Below are positions 1-9,140 of a stretch of DNA of 64,000 nucleotides, piece by piece. The notes under the pieces are model-generated. The model had not been told where the DNA came from, did not search any database, and saw only the letters and a program-made list of their open reading frames with translations. The DNA is from Candidatus Omnitrophota bacterium (GTDB lineage: Bacteria; Omnitrophota; Gorgyraeia; Zapsychrales; Aceulaceae). Each line of letters begins with the position of its first letter. The first letter of the stretch is position 1. A program made the translations under genes and the position numbers. Location of the stretch: NCBI GenBank assembly GCA_029564765.1, contig JAKQPK010000050.1, positions 18,977-82,976 on the forward strand, in the 5' to 3' direction.

Positions 1-655
1 CCTCTTGGCCTATTACCTTCTTGCCAGCATGATCCTGATGGTCTTAACCTTGCGCACGCTTGAGCCTCGCGTAGCTTTGTTAGCGGGTCTTTTCTGGGGC
101 CTCATGCCTCTTGCAAAGAATGAAGGAAATGTTTTTCTCTTCTTTTTAACACTCGCAACGTCTATTACCCTTCTCTGGGGTCCACGCGATCAGAGGATAT
201 CCGCAAAACGAATGATCCTTCATCTGCTCATCGGCATCCTATGCACAAGCCTGATGAATATTATTTTTAAAATATTCATGGCTCCCCCGACACGCGAGGT
301 GCTCTTTAATCCCTTAACACAAAATTTAAGCTACTTTAATCTAAACGGTATTTTGACAACGGTCGGTTTCTATTTCTACACGATACGTTCGCCAGGCTGG
401 ATCTTTATCTGGGGGCTTGTATTCATCCTTGGACTTATCAATTATCGTAAATGGTTCGCCCTCAAGGAATCGCGGATCATGGGAATAGTTTTCGCGGGGT
501 TCTTGCTAGTGCTGTTATATGTCTACATCTCAACCGCTCACTTTGATCTTATTTGGCGGCTGCAATGCACGGCGATCAGGATCGCCTTCTACCTTCTTCC
601 ATCCATCCTGTTCTTCTGCTTCTACACTCTCTGGGCCAAAAACCCTAAAAATTAG
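1..655 (+). CDS. Polytopic membrane protein, 5'-truncated by the window edge (C-terminal portion only); function unknown, possibly part of an envelope glycan locus
   Basis: Open frame from window start to TAG at 653-655, with several hydrophobic helices. Its stop overlaps the convergent stop of the minus-strand membrane protein (TTAG). No recognisable catalytic motif. Confidence 0.4.
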   Translation, partial: LLAYYLLASMILMVLTLRTLEPRVALLAGLFWGLMPLAKNEGNVFLFFLTLATSITLLWGPRDQRISAKRMILHLLIGILCTSLMNIIFKIFMAPPTREVLFNPLTQNLSYFNLNGILTTVGFYFYTIRSPGWIFIWGLVFILGLINYRKWFALKESRIMGIVFAGFLLVLLYVYISTAHFDLIWRLQCTAIRIAFYLLPSILFFCFYTLWAKNPKN

Positions 656-2487
656 CGGTAAACTTTATTATCCTTACCTAAATAGCCAGAACTTTCCAAG
701 AATTTAATAAAGGCCTGCCCTTGATGATAAATGGCGTTGATCGAATATCCGCCAAAGAACAGGACAGCATATTTATTGCCCATGTAGATCTTTTCAAGGA
801 TGAAATCCCCTGGCCCGGAAGGAAAATAAGGTGGACGCATAAATGGCGTGTGAACCCCCAACCATACAACCTTTGTAAGATCAAGATTCTCAATGCCGTC
901 AAAATTCTTCACATCCCCATAAAGGCACGGGAACAAATAGATCATAATATCTAGCTTGCGGTCAACAAATCCTATCTGCGGAAAAGCAAGCATTTGCGCA
1001 AAATTAAAAGGCGCAGCTATCGTAAAGTGGTTGTACCGCGCGCTTAAGATCTCACCGATACGCATATGCAATTTGATGTCGTTGCGGTACTCCAAACTTC
1101 TCTCTGAAACACTGTAATCCTCAAGGGGGATCGGTTTGTAGACCATTCCATGGGAGGACAATAACGCGAAAATGATCAGGACGATCAAGGCGCGGTGAGC
1201 GATCTTTTCGTTACGTATTAGACACAATGCGGCCGCCGCAATAGCGACGATCAAAAACGGAAAAAGGATCAAGGTGTAGCGCGGAGGGATCCATAATGAA
1301 TTCGCGAACAAGACAAACCATGCCGCGGCAGCAATGAACATCGTCATGACAATAAAATTCTCTTTCACGAACGAAATTAATCCTGCGCCATACCCGTATG
1401 ATCTTTGTTTGATCGCCCGGCACGCAAAAACAACATAAACAATCGAACTGATAATAAAGAAATACGTAATCGGAAATTGCCTCATTAACGGCCACCCTTG
1501 AAGCGGCCCGACCTTGTCAACCTTACCGGCAGGATTGATGACAAAACAAAGCAGCCAAGCGCCCAAGAGCGCGAACAATATGGCCAAAAACGATGAGAAA
1601 AGGATCGATCTTTTCCCACGCTTTTCTTCATCGAAAAAGAACAAAAACAATCCCGAAACAAATATCGTCGCAGCAGCAAAAAGCGCGTAGATCTTAACGA
1701 ATATCGCTAACCCTGAGAAAATAGCGGCCTTCAGAACATCTTTTTTAGCTAAATAATAGAAAGCTGCTACGATAAAAATCAGAGTGGGAACTTCCATGTT
1801 GATCTGCTCAACCTGACTTTGTGTCAACGGCAAGGACAGGAGCAAGAACGTTAATAAAAAAGACTTGGGAGCATCCCAGATGCGCAGCAGGATCTTGAAA
1901 AACAGCGTCATCACAGCAGCTGAAAAAAGATAGGTAATGCCATGGCTGACGATCAAATACGCTTGGGGCGTAGGCGTGAATTTCATCAACAAAGCCTGAA
2001 AGGCAGGATACAGAGAGAAAAGATAAGCCTTGGGTCCACCGACAATGAACAGAGGTTGTTGTGATAATTTAATAAAATCAAAATTATTCTGCAGAAGCCA
2101 AACAGCTTCCATCATCGGACCGCTGGCAGAATCCCCATAGGGCGGAAATAAAAAAGTTTCCCACCTGCTGACCACAAAATAAACTAAAAAATAAACGAAC
2201 ATCCTTGTGCTGGTCCACTGCGGTAAAAATCTTAGCCCAAGCCAAAGGAATGCCACTGCAGAAGAAAGGATCGAGAGAGGGCCAAAAAATCGATCATCAA
2301 GCTGTCCTATGTAAAACTCAACAGGAAAAAGCTGGCGCGCGCCTGTCAACATACTCAAAAGATCCATGCTGTTGCTCGCATACAATGCGCGGACGATCCA
2401 TCCGCTCGCGAATTTCGCAAGAAAACTGACGCATATAAGCACCGCGAAAGATATCCAAAAAAACGCAGCATCTTTCTTATTTATCAT
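652..2487 (-). CDS. Large polytopic membrane protein (~610 aa): ~400-aa multi-TM N-terminal region plus ~200-aa soluble C-terminal domain; putative GT-C-type glycosyltransferase or polymerase (inference)
   Basis: Long ORF, last gene of the sugar operon. Start re-picked at ATG 2485-2487, which has the SD AGGAGA 6 nt upstream; the track start at 2505 has no SD. Strongly hydrophobic N-terminal region; no soluble-enzyme motifs. Confidence 0.55.
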   Translation of the reverse strand: MINKKDAAFFWISFAVLICVSFLAKFASGWIVRALYASNSMDLLSMLTGARQLFPVEFYIGQLDDRFFGPLSILSSAVAFLWLGLRFLPQWTSTRMFVYFLVYFVVSRWETFLFPPYGDSASGPMMEAVWLLQNNFDFIKLSQQPLFIVGGPKAYLFSLYPAFQALLMKFTPTPQAYLIVSHGITYLFSAAVMTLFFKILLRIWDAPKSFLLTFLLLSLPLTQSQVEQINMEVPTLIFIVAAFYYLAKKDVLKAAIFSGLAIFVKIYALFAAATIFVSGLFLFFFDEEKRGKRSILFSSFLAILFALLGAWLLCFVINPAGKVDKVGPLQGWPLMRQFPITYFFIISSIVYVVFACRAIKQRSYGYGAGLISFVKENFIVMTMFIAAAAWFVLFANSLWIPPRYTLILFPFLIVAIAAAALCLIRNEKIAHRALIVLIIFALLSSHGMVYKPIPLEDYSVSERSLEYRNDIKLHMRIGEILSARYNHFTIAAPFNFAQMLAFPQIGFVDRKLDIMIYLFPCLYGDVKNFDGIENLDLTKVVWLGVHTPFMRPPYFPSGPGDFILEKIYMGNKYAVLFFGGYSINAIYHQGQAFIKFLESSGYLGKDNKVYR

Positions 2488-3952
2488 AAGGCATCTCCTG
2501 ATCATGATATTTTTTAGAAAGAAAAAATGTCCTTACCTTGCACAATAATGGGTTGATCCCAAAAACCTTGACATGAATGAGGAACTGAAAGAAGGAAACT
2601 CTCTCAAAGCGATAGATGTAATAGGAAAAATGGATCATAAATAGTAAATCAAAAATGATCGGAAGGCGCAGTTTTGACAACGAGATCAAAAATCCGCTCA
2701 TCCAAGGAAAGGCAATACATAAGAAATACACCTTCTTTAAGTTCTCGAGCTGATAAGCATCCTTGCCTTTGACGCTCATATCGTGGTGAACGGTTGGCGC
2801 GAATTCTTTTTGGTTGATGGCCTGTGACCGAATATCCGGATGTTGTGTCAACTCCAGCCCGGGATACGCCTGAAAAAAGACCGTCCAAACGTACGCTGGC
2901 TTTAATCGACGATAAAAATCGATCTGAGCCACGTGCGCGTCAAAACTCATTTGCGGCAACCCGAACATCGCGCTTGAAACATACGCGATTTTTTGCGCGC
3001 GCATCCACTCAGCGACTTTAAAAATATCACAATCTTTCACGTGTTTATGCAAAAGGCTTGATCGAACATGCTCATCGCCACTTTCAACAGCAAAGATCAG
3101 ATTGTTCACGCGGGCCTCAGCAAAAAGCTTGATATCGCTTTCTTCAATGGATGTAAAATGAAAATTCGCGCTAAACGGTATGGTAAAATTCTCTTGATAC
3201 ATCTTCAAGAACCGGCGCAGCCAATCCTTTGAGATCCAAAATATTTCATCAGTAAAGAAAATAAATTTAACTTTCTTACGCCGCTTAACCTGATATCTAA
3301 TCTCTTCGATAGCCCGCTCTGGGCTCATTTTGCGGACATATCTGCCGCCTCCGTAATGCTGGCGCAAAAAAGAACTATGACAAAACGCGCAACTCGCCGG
3401 GCATCCTCTTCCTAGAGAAATACGCAAGTACTCACTATGGCGAAAGAATGAGTATTTATCATACATATCACGGTCATAGAACGGCAACGCGTCAAGATCA
3501 ACCAGGTCCGCTGGCATTTCATTTTTAATGATCTGCCCGTTTTCCTTTGCCCATAATCCCTTAATGTGCTGATAGGGCATCTTCGCGTCCAGCTGTGCGC
3601 AGACCTGGGGCAAGACTGTCTCTCCCTCCCAAAGACACACCATATCCACGCATGGTTTTTCAATAATTTCTGGACAAAGCAGTGTGTGAATATTGCCAAA
3701 TATAGTTAAAGCTCTGGTTCGCTGCTTTACCTTGTGAGCGATGCCTAAAAGAAAAGAAACGCTGGGGGTCAAAACGGAAAAACCAACGATATCTGGCTGA
3801 AATCGCTGGACTTCCCCAAGTGTTACATGCTGATTAAAGGGATCACAGTAAAAAACATCAACAGTATGTCCTTGGGCCTTTAAGACCGCAGCCATGGACA
3901 TATAACCGATGCTTTCAACCATAATATCCTGAATGAAAGCAACTCTTGCCAT
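2477..3952 (-). CDS. B12-binding domain radical SAM protein (class B radical SAM, likely C-methyltransferase)
   Basis: N-terminal Rossmann-like cobalamin-binding region (DIVGFSVLTP...), followed by a canonical CX3CX2C motif (GRGCPASCAFC). Confidence 0.8.
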   Translation of the reverse strand: MARVAFIQDIMVESIGYMSMAAVLKAQGHTVDVFYCDPFNQHVTLGEVQRFQPDIVGFSVLTPSVSFLLGIAHKVKQRTRALTIFGNIHTLLCPEIIEKPCVDMVCLWEGETVLPQVCAQLDAKMPYQHIKGLWAKENGQIIKNEMPADLVDLDALPFYDRDMYDKYSFFRHSEYLRISLGRGCPASCAFCHSSFLRQHYGGGRYVRKMSPERAIEEIRYQVKRRKKVKFIFFTDEIFWISKDWLRRFLKMYQENFTIPFSANFHFTSIEESDIKLFAEARVNNLIFAVESGDEHVRSSLLHKHVKDCDIFKVAEWMRAQKIAYVSSAMFGLPQMSFDAHVAQIDFYRRLKPAYVWTVFFQAYPGLELTQHPDIRSQAINQKEFAPTVHHDMSVKGKDAYQLENLKKVYFLCIAFPWMSGFLISLSKLRLPIIFDLLFMIHFSYYIYRFERVSFFQFLIHVKVFGINPLLCKVRTFFLSKKYHDQEMPYDK

Positions 3953-3975
3953 AAAATGATATCTTTTTTTGAAGG

Positions 3976-4899
3976 TTAGAGGCCGATGGTGTACTCGATG
4001 ACAAAGCGAGGCCGCTTACGCGACTCGTCGAATGTGCGCCAAACATATTCCCCCAAGACCCCAAGCATCATCATCTGGATCCCGCCGAGAACAAAAACTG
4101 CGACAATCAACGAAGACCATCCTTGGCCCGGAATGCCAAAGACAAAATAGCGAAAAATGATCCAGCCGGCATACGTAAATCCGGCAAAAGCCGTCAAAAG
4201 CCCAAAAATACTGATATAGCGAACAAGGACATCGCTAAAAGCCAATAGAGAATCTGTCATGAGCTTTAATTTCTTGGCCAAGCTCCAATTTGATCTCCCC
4301 TGGTGTCTGGGCTCCTTGACATACTCAATTGTTTTCTGCGGGAATCCAAGCCAGGCTAATGCCATATAGATCGAAGTGTGCTTTTCTGGCATCTGCTTAA
4401 AGGCTTCGATCACAACGCGATCAACAAGGAATACATCCACACCCAATGCCGGCATTTTGACATCCGTGAGCAGATTGACAAGCCAGTAATATACGCGCGA
4501 GAAAGATCTTACGGACAGGCTTTCCCCTTTTCTTTGTGAGCGCGCGGCCCAAACGATCTTCACTCCTTGATGCCAAACTTCTAGAAGTTTTGCAATAACT
4601 TCAGGAGGATCCTGCAGGTCAGCAGCTAGCGCGACCGCGCAATCTCCTTGCGCATAGCGCAACCCTGCCGCGATCGCCGCATGTCCACCACAGTTACGGG
4701 CAAAACGGATCACTTTCACACGGCTATCCTTTTGGCGCAATGCCTTAAGAATGCTGGGCGTTCGATCAGTGGAACAATCGTCAACGAAAATAAACTCAAA
4801 ACTTTCCTGATCAAGAGAAGCGATCGCATTGATCAAGCGCTGATATAAAGCATCAAGATTGTCCTGTTCGTTATACGCTGGGAAAATTATAGAAATCAT
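3976..4899 (-). CDS. GT2 family polyprenyl-phosphate glycosyltransferase, ArnC/DPM1-like, with C-terminal TM helices
   Basis: N-terminal IIFPAYNE...FIFVDDCSTD GT-A motifs including the DxD-like DDC. ~300 aa with two C-terminal hydrophobic helices, typical of ArnC and GtrB. SD GGAGAGG upstream of the ATG. Confidence 0.8.
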   Translation of the reverse strand: MISIIFPAYNEQDNLDALYQRLINAIASLDQESFEFIFVDDCSTDRTPSILKALRQKDSRVKVIRFARNCGGHAAIAAGLRYAQGDCAVALAADLQDPPEVIAKLLEVWHQGVKIVWAARSQRKGESLSVRSFSRVYYWLVNLLTDVKMPALGVDVFLVDRVVIEAFKQMPEKHTSIYMALAWLGFPQKTIEYVKEPRHQGRSNWSLAKKLKLMTDSLLAFSDVLVRYISIFGLLTAFAGFTYAGWIIFRYFVFGIPGQGWSSLIVAVFVLGGIQMMMLGVLGEYVWRTFDESRKRPRFVIEYTIGL

Positions 4900-4920
4900 A
4901 CACCTCTCCTTTTCATGGGA

Positions 4921-6165
4921 TCAGATCTCAGCAATGGCTTGAACAACGCTGCAAAGTTCTTCTTTCGTTATCTGATAAAAAGCCGGCAAAAGGATCGTCG
5001 TGTCCCTAGCTTTCTCGGTTTCAGGAAGGTTCCAAATACTCGACCGATAAGGTTTCTGACGATGGGCGTTCATGACGCCTGGACGGGTGGCGATCCCTCG
5101 ATCCAAAAGTCGCTGCATGCATTGTTCTTGCGTGACGGGCGCTTGCGGTGTTAAACGCACGGGGAAAGAACCCCAGTTATTGATCGCATACGGGGCTTGA
5201 GAAGGCAATTGAAGCCATGAAATCTTGCTAAGCGCATCCGCATAGAACGCAGCGATCTCTTTTAGCTTTGCCAACAAAAGCGGCAATTTTTTGAGCTGCC
5301 CCAGCCCTATCGACGCCTGGATATCGCTCATGCGGTAATTAAAGCCTGTCACCAAATATTCTTCCAAAATAACCTTGTTCGCCTGATGGCGCGCTAGATC
5401 AGATACACCCATGCCTTGATGACGGAAAAGACGGAAAAAAGAATCATGTGCTGAGTCGTTGGTTGTCAGCATTCCTCCTTCTCCCGTTACAAGGATCTTT
5501 CTCGGATGGAATGAAAAACACGCGATATCCCCATGAGGCTTACCGATCTTCTCAAAAGTCTTTCCTTGGTCAACAGAGATCTCACTTCCGATACCATAAG
5601 CCGCATCTTCGATCACAGGAATGTTGAAACGTTTGGCAAGGGTCAAGATGCGTTCCATCTGACATGGAAAACCCAGCTGATGAACAGCAATGATCGCGGC
5701 AATACGCCCAAGCCGCCTGGAAGGATCACCAGCCATTGACACTAGCGGCGATTCCTCACTTAAAAGATCCTTGACGTGACGATACCATAAACCCTGCGCA
5801 TCGCGTAAACACTCTTGCGTCAAGATCTTTTCCAGATGATCTGGACACATGTTGTAGCCATCTTTTTCCACATCGACAAAAACTGGCTCCGCTGCGCAAT
5901 AGCGCGCGCTGTTTGCTGTTGCGATGAACGAATGACTGACAGTCAAAACAATATCTCCCGGCCTTACGCCGACAGCTAGCAGTGCTAAGTGAAGAGCGGT
6001 CGTACAGCTAGAAACAGCACATGCATGTTTAGCACCCACGAATGAAGCAAATTTATCTTCAAATTCTTTAACGCGTGGCCCCTGCGTGACCCATCCGGAA
6101 AGGATCGCCTGTCGCGCGAGTTCGACCTCATCTTCTGTTAAGAATGGCTTTGTGATCGGGATCAT
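4921..6165 (-). CDS. DegT/DnrJ/EryC1/StrS (ArnB-like) PLP-dependent sugar aminotransferase
   Basis: PITKPFL...EDEVE...AILSGW N-terminus and overall fold-type I sugar aminotransferase pattern. The ATGA start overlaps the stop of the upstream epimerase gene. Confidence 0.85.
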   Translation of the reverse strand: MIPITKPFLTEDEVELARQAILSGWVTQGPRVKEFEDKFASFVGAKHACAVSSCTTALHLALLAVGVRPGDIVLTVSHSFIATANSARYCAAEPVFVDVEKDGYNMCPDHLEKILTQECLRDAQGLWYRHVKDLLSEESPLVSMAGDPSRRLGRIAAIIAVHQLGFPCQMERILTLAKRFNIPVIEDAAYGIGSEISVDQGKTFEKIGKPHGDIACFSFHPRKILVTGEGGMLTTNDSAHDSFFRLFRHQGMGVSDLARHQANKVILEEYLVTGFNYRMSDIQASIGLGQLKKLPLLLAKLKEIAAFYADALSKISWLQLPSQAPYAINNWGSFPVRLTPQAPVTQEQCMQRLLDRGIATRPGVMNAHRQKPYRSSIWNLPETEKARDTTILLPAFYQITKEELCSVVQAIAEI

Positions 6166-7136
6166 AGATTAGTTGTTCCATCAAGCCACTGCGTTAAAAG
6201 CGTCAGTCCTTGCACAAGGTCGACTTTCGCTTTAAACCGTAATGATCTAGCAGCTTTGATCACACTTGCTTTACGACGATAAACCTCGATCTTGCCGCGG
6301 TCGCCAGGAATCGGCATGTACTTCGGTTTAAGCGGAGATCCCATAGAGCGCAACAGTGCTTGGCATAACCCGCTCAAAGATGTCTCCTTGCCGCTTGCGC
6401 AATTAAAGGTTTCACTGCAAACATCAGAGGTTAAAGCCAGGATCGTGGCCCGGGCAACATCTCCCACATAAATGAAATCCATAGTTTGTTTGCCGTCACC
6501 ATAGATCAAGGGCTGTTCTCCCTTACGGATCAAATGATGCCAGCGGACTAAAACCTCGGTATACTTACCGCAAGCATCCATGCGAGGACCGTACACATTG
6601 AAATAGCGGAGAATATTGAATTTCAGTCCATACATTTGAAAGAACGACGCAAGCATGAGCTCATCCGCCATTTTTAAAGCCCCGTAGAATGTCCGGTTGT
6701 TATACGGATGATGATCTTCTTTGGTTGGAAAAGCATCTGCCTGTCCATAAATGGATGCTGTCGATGCGAGAACGATCTTCTGGACCTTGTGTTTAACACA
6801 CGCCTCAAGAATATTATAGGTACCAACAGCGTTCACTTCTAGCGCATGACGGGGTTCCGCCATACATTGAATGATCTTTAAAGAAGCCAGATGAAAACAG
6901 TAATCGATCCCTAAAAATACGCGATCTAAAAGTTCAATATCGCGAATATCACCCTCAATAATCGTGACGCGGCTGCTTGAAAGCGCATGCTGCAGGTTTT
7001 CACGCCTGCCGTGATTAAAATTATCGATGACGACGACTTCTTTTACCTCAGCGACTAACAGTTGATCAACGACATGAGAACCGATACATCCAGCACCCCC
7101 TGTAACAACAACACGCTTTCCCTTAAGTTCATGCAT
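6162..7136 (-). CDS. NAD-dependent epimerase/dehydratase (extended SDR; UDP-sugar dehydratase/decarboxylase/4-epimerase class)
   Basis: VVVTGGAGCIGSHVV glycine-rich NAD motif and a YxxxK context (YGALK). ~320 aa. Its ATG overlaps the ftsA stop by 1 nt (TAATG). Confidence 0.85.
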   Translation of the reverse strand: MHELKGKRVVVTGGAGCIGSHVVDQLLVAEVKEVVVIDNFNHGRRENLQHALSSSRVTIIEGDIRDIELLDRVFLGIDYCFHLASLKIIQCMAEPRHALEVNAVGTYNILEACVKHKVQKIVLASTASIYGQADAFPTKEDHHPYNNRTFYGALKMADELMLASFFQMYGLKFNILRYFNVYGPRMDACGKYTEVLVRWHHLIRKGEQPLIYGDGKQTMDFIYVGDVARATILALTSDVCSETFNCASGKETSLSGLCQALLRSMGSPLKPKYMPIPGDRGKIEVYRRKASVIKAARSLRFKAKVDLVQGLTLLTQWLDGTTNL

Positions 7137-8377
7137 TAGAAATACTCCTGGTAAAGTTCTTTAAGGCGGTATGTGACCTTATGCAACATTGATCCTTGTT
7201 TATACACTTGCGAAAACGGGACAGGAAGACCATCAGTTGCGCGCTGGACAGCCAATCCAATGCATCCAGCATATACAGCTGGATTGTTCAATTGTTTTGT
7301 TTCGATCTGGATCTTTGCGACCTTTGTCGGGACAGAAAATTTTTGCTCCATGGATTCAAGCAATCCGGAGAGTAACGCTCCCCCTCCAACAACAAAAATA
7401 CCCGCACACAGATGATGCTCTAAATCTGCCTGTCGAACTAACTGATGAATTTTTTCAACAAGGGTCATTGCCCATGGCGTCACAACCTGGCAGACACTTT
7501 GACGGTCGATCGTCACATAACTAGCGTCGCGCTTGACCAGGATCTCACCCTTGATCATCGCGCTATCATCGCCGGTCAACACCATCGCGTAGGAACGCTT
7601 GATGTCTTCTGCCAGATCGAACGGAAGGTTCAGTTTACGGCTAATTTCTTCAGTAAGTTGATTGCTGCCGTAATTAAGAATACCTAGATTTTTAAGTACG
7701 CCCTCTTTAAAGATCAGCACGCTTGTCGCTTCAACGCCCATGTCGATGAAGATGCATCCTCTTTTTTTATCATCATCCGCTAGGCAGGCATCCGCTGATC
7801 GCAGCGATGAAAAAGCGACTGTTTTAACATCAAAACCGGCTTGTTGAACTGCCTTGTGAACATTATTGATCAGATTGCTCTGCGCCACCGCGATCAGAAT
7901 ATTCGCCTCGAGTTTACGGCCATGAAGCCCTAAAGGATTAGCCGCCATATTAAATCCATCGACAACATATTGGACCGGAAAATCATGGATCAATTTCTCA
8001 TCCAAATTGATCCCAAGCAAGCAGGCCTGGTGGTTGATCTTCTTAATATCAAAAGTTGTAATAACCTTATTTCCTTTGTCAGCTAAGGGTATGATCGCGT
8101 GTGTTTTTCTATGCTGAATAAAATGTCCGCCTAAACCGATGTGAACATCTTTGAAGTCCAGCTTCGATTTTTCCTTAAGGCCGTTGAGGATGCGGTTTAT
8201 TCCATCAGACACATCTTGCAGGTCGCTAATGGATGATTTTCGAATACCACGGGTTGCAACCTGTGAAATACCGACAATCTCTGGGGCGTGGACATGGTCA
8301 ACGCGCGCCAAGCAGGCTTTAAGCCGGTAAACGCCAAGGTCTAATCCGCAGACAATAGTTTCTTTATTCATCGACAT
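7136..8377 (-). CDS. ftsA: Cell division protein FtsA (actin-like ATPase)
   Basis: ~410 aa with actin/Hsp70-fold motifs (GLDLG..., VVGGGALL). Sits immediately after ftsQ in the dcw cluster. Confidence 0.85.
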   Translation of the reverse strand: MSMNKETIVCGLDLGVYRLKACLARVDHVHAPEIVGISQVATRGIRKSSISDLQDVSDGINRILNGLKEKSKLDFKDVHIGLGGHFIQHRKTHAIIPLADKGNKVITTFDIKKINHQACLLGINLDEKLIHDFPVQYVVDGFNMAANPLGLHGRKLEANILIAVAQSNLINNVHKAVQQAGFDVKTVAFSSLRSADACLADDDKKRGCIFIDMGVEATSVLIFKEGVLKNLGILNYGSNQLTEEISRKLNLPFDLAEDIKRSYAMVLTGDDSAMIKGEILVKRDASYVTIDRQSVCQVVTPWAMTLVEKIHQLVRQADLEHHLCAGIFVVGGGALLSGLLESMEQKFSVPTKVAKIQIETKQLNNPAVYAGCIGLAVQRATDGLPVPFSQVYKQGSMLHKVTYRLKELYQEYF

Positions 8378-9140
8378 ATTTGATCACAGGCTGGGCAAAA
8401 CGTAGATCAATATAACGGATACGTTCCCAATCTAATCTTGCTTTGTTGAGAATGAGGCTCAACGTCTCGATCTGCTTATCAATAGATTCTCGATCTGCAA
8501 CGACCTCTAGCTTCTCCCCAATGAAAAAAATGATTTTTGAAGTATTCTCGACGTTAATACGCATAATATGAAATGAACCTGAAATAGAATTTTTCTGGAA
8601 GACATCAATAATGTTGAGAGCTATCTTCAAATTCTGATTATCAATAATTTGACCCATGGGCACTGTTTTCGGACGCGCCACGCCATGAACAAGAGGTAGC
8701 ATAACGTTAAAGAAATCATTTGGGACAGTAACATATCCTTGACGATCAACAACAAAACGCTGATCGTTAAAAACAACGATCGCAAAAGGAGGACGGTCTT
8801 TTAGATCAACATAGATCTCATCCGGAAACCGCTTCATAATACGAATATCTTTTGCCTCTGGAAAAAGTCGGGTCAATTGCTTCTGCAACCCGACAAGATC
8901 GACCGAAAAAATGCTCTGGTCGCGTAAATATCCGAAACGCTTCAATTCTTGTGCTTTCGAGGGCGCTGAACACGTGATCTTCTTGATGCGGAAATATGAA
9001 GAATTTGCGACCCATGCCGCTGTGCTGCGCATGATCAAGAAGCAAAAGAAACCAAAGAACAATAAAGTTAAAAGCGGCCGCAAAATAGGGAAGCCTTGCG
9101 ATGAACGGGGTCTTATTGATTTCTTAATTTTCTGGCTCAT
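8364..9140 (-). CDS. ftsQ: Cell division protein FtsQ/DivIB (N-terminal TM helix plus POTRA domain)
   Basis: Single N-terminal TM helix followed by a POTRA-like region; position between ddl and ftsA. Confidence 0.75.
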   Translation of the reverse strand: MSQKIKKSIRPRSSQGFPILRPLLTLLFFGFFCFLIMRSTAAWVANSSYFRIKKITCSAPSKAQELKRFGYLRDQSIFSVDLVGLQKQLTRLFPEAKDIRIMKRFPDEIYVDLKDRPPFAIVVFNDQRFVVDRQGYVTVPNDFFNVMLPLVHGVARPKTVPMGQIIDNQNLKIALNIIDVFQKNSISGSFHIMRINVENTSKIIFFIGEKLEVVADRESIDKQIETLSLILNKARLDWERIRYIDLRFAQPVIKYVDE

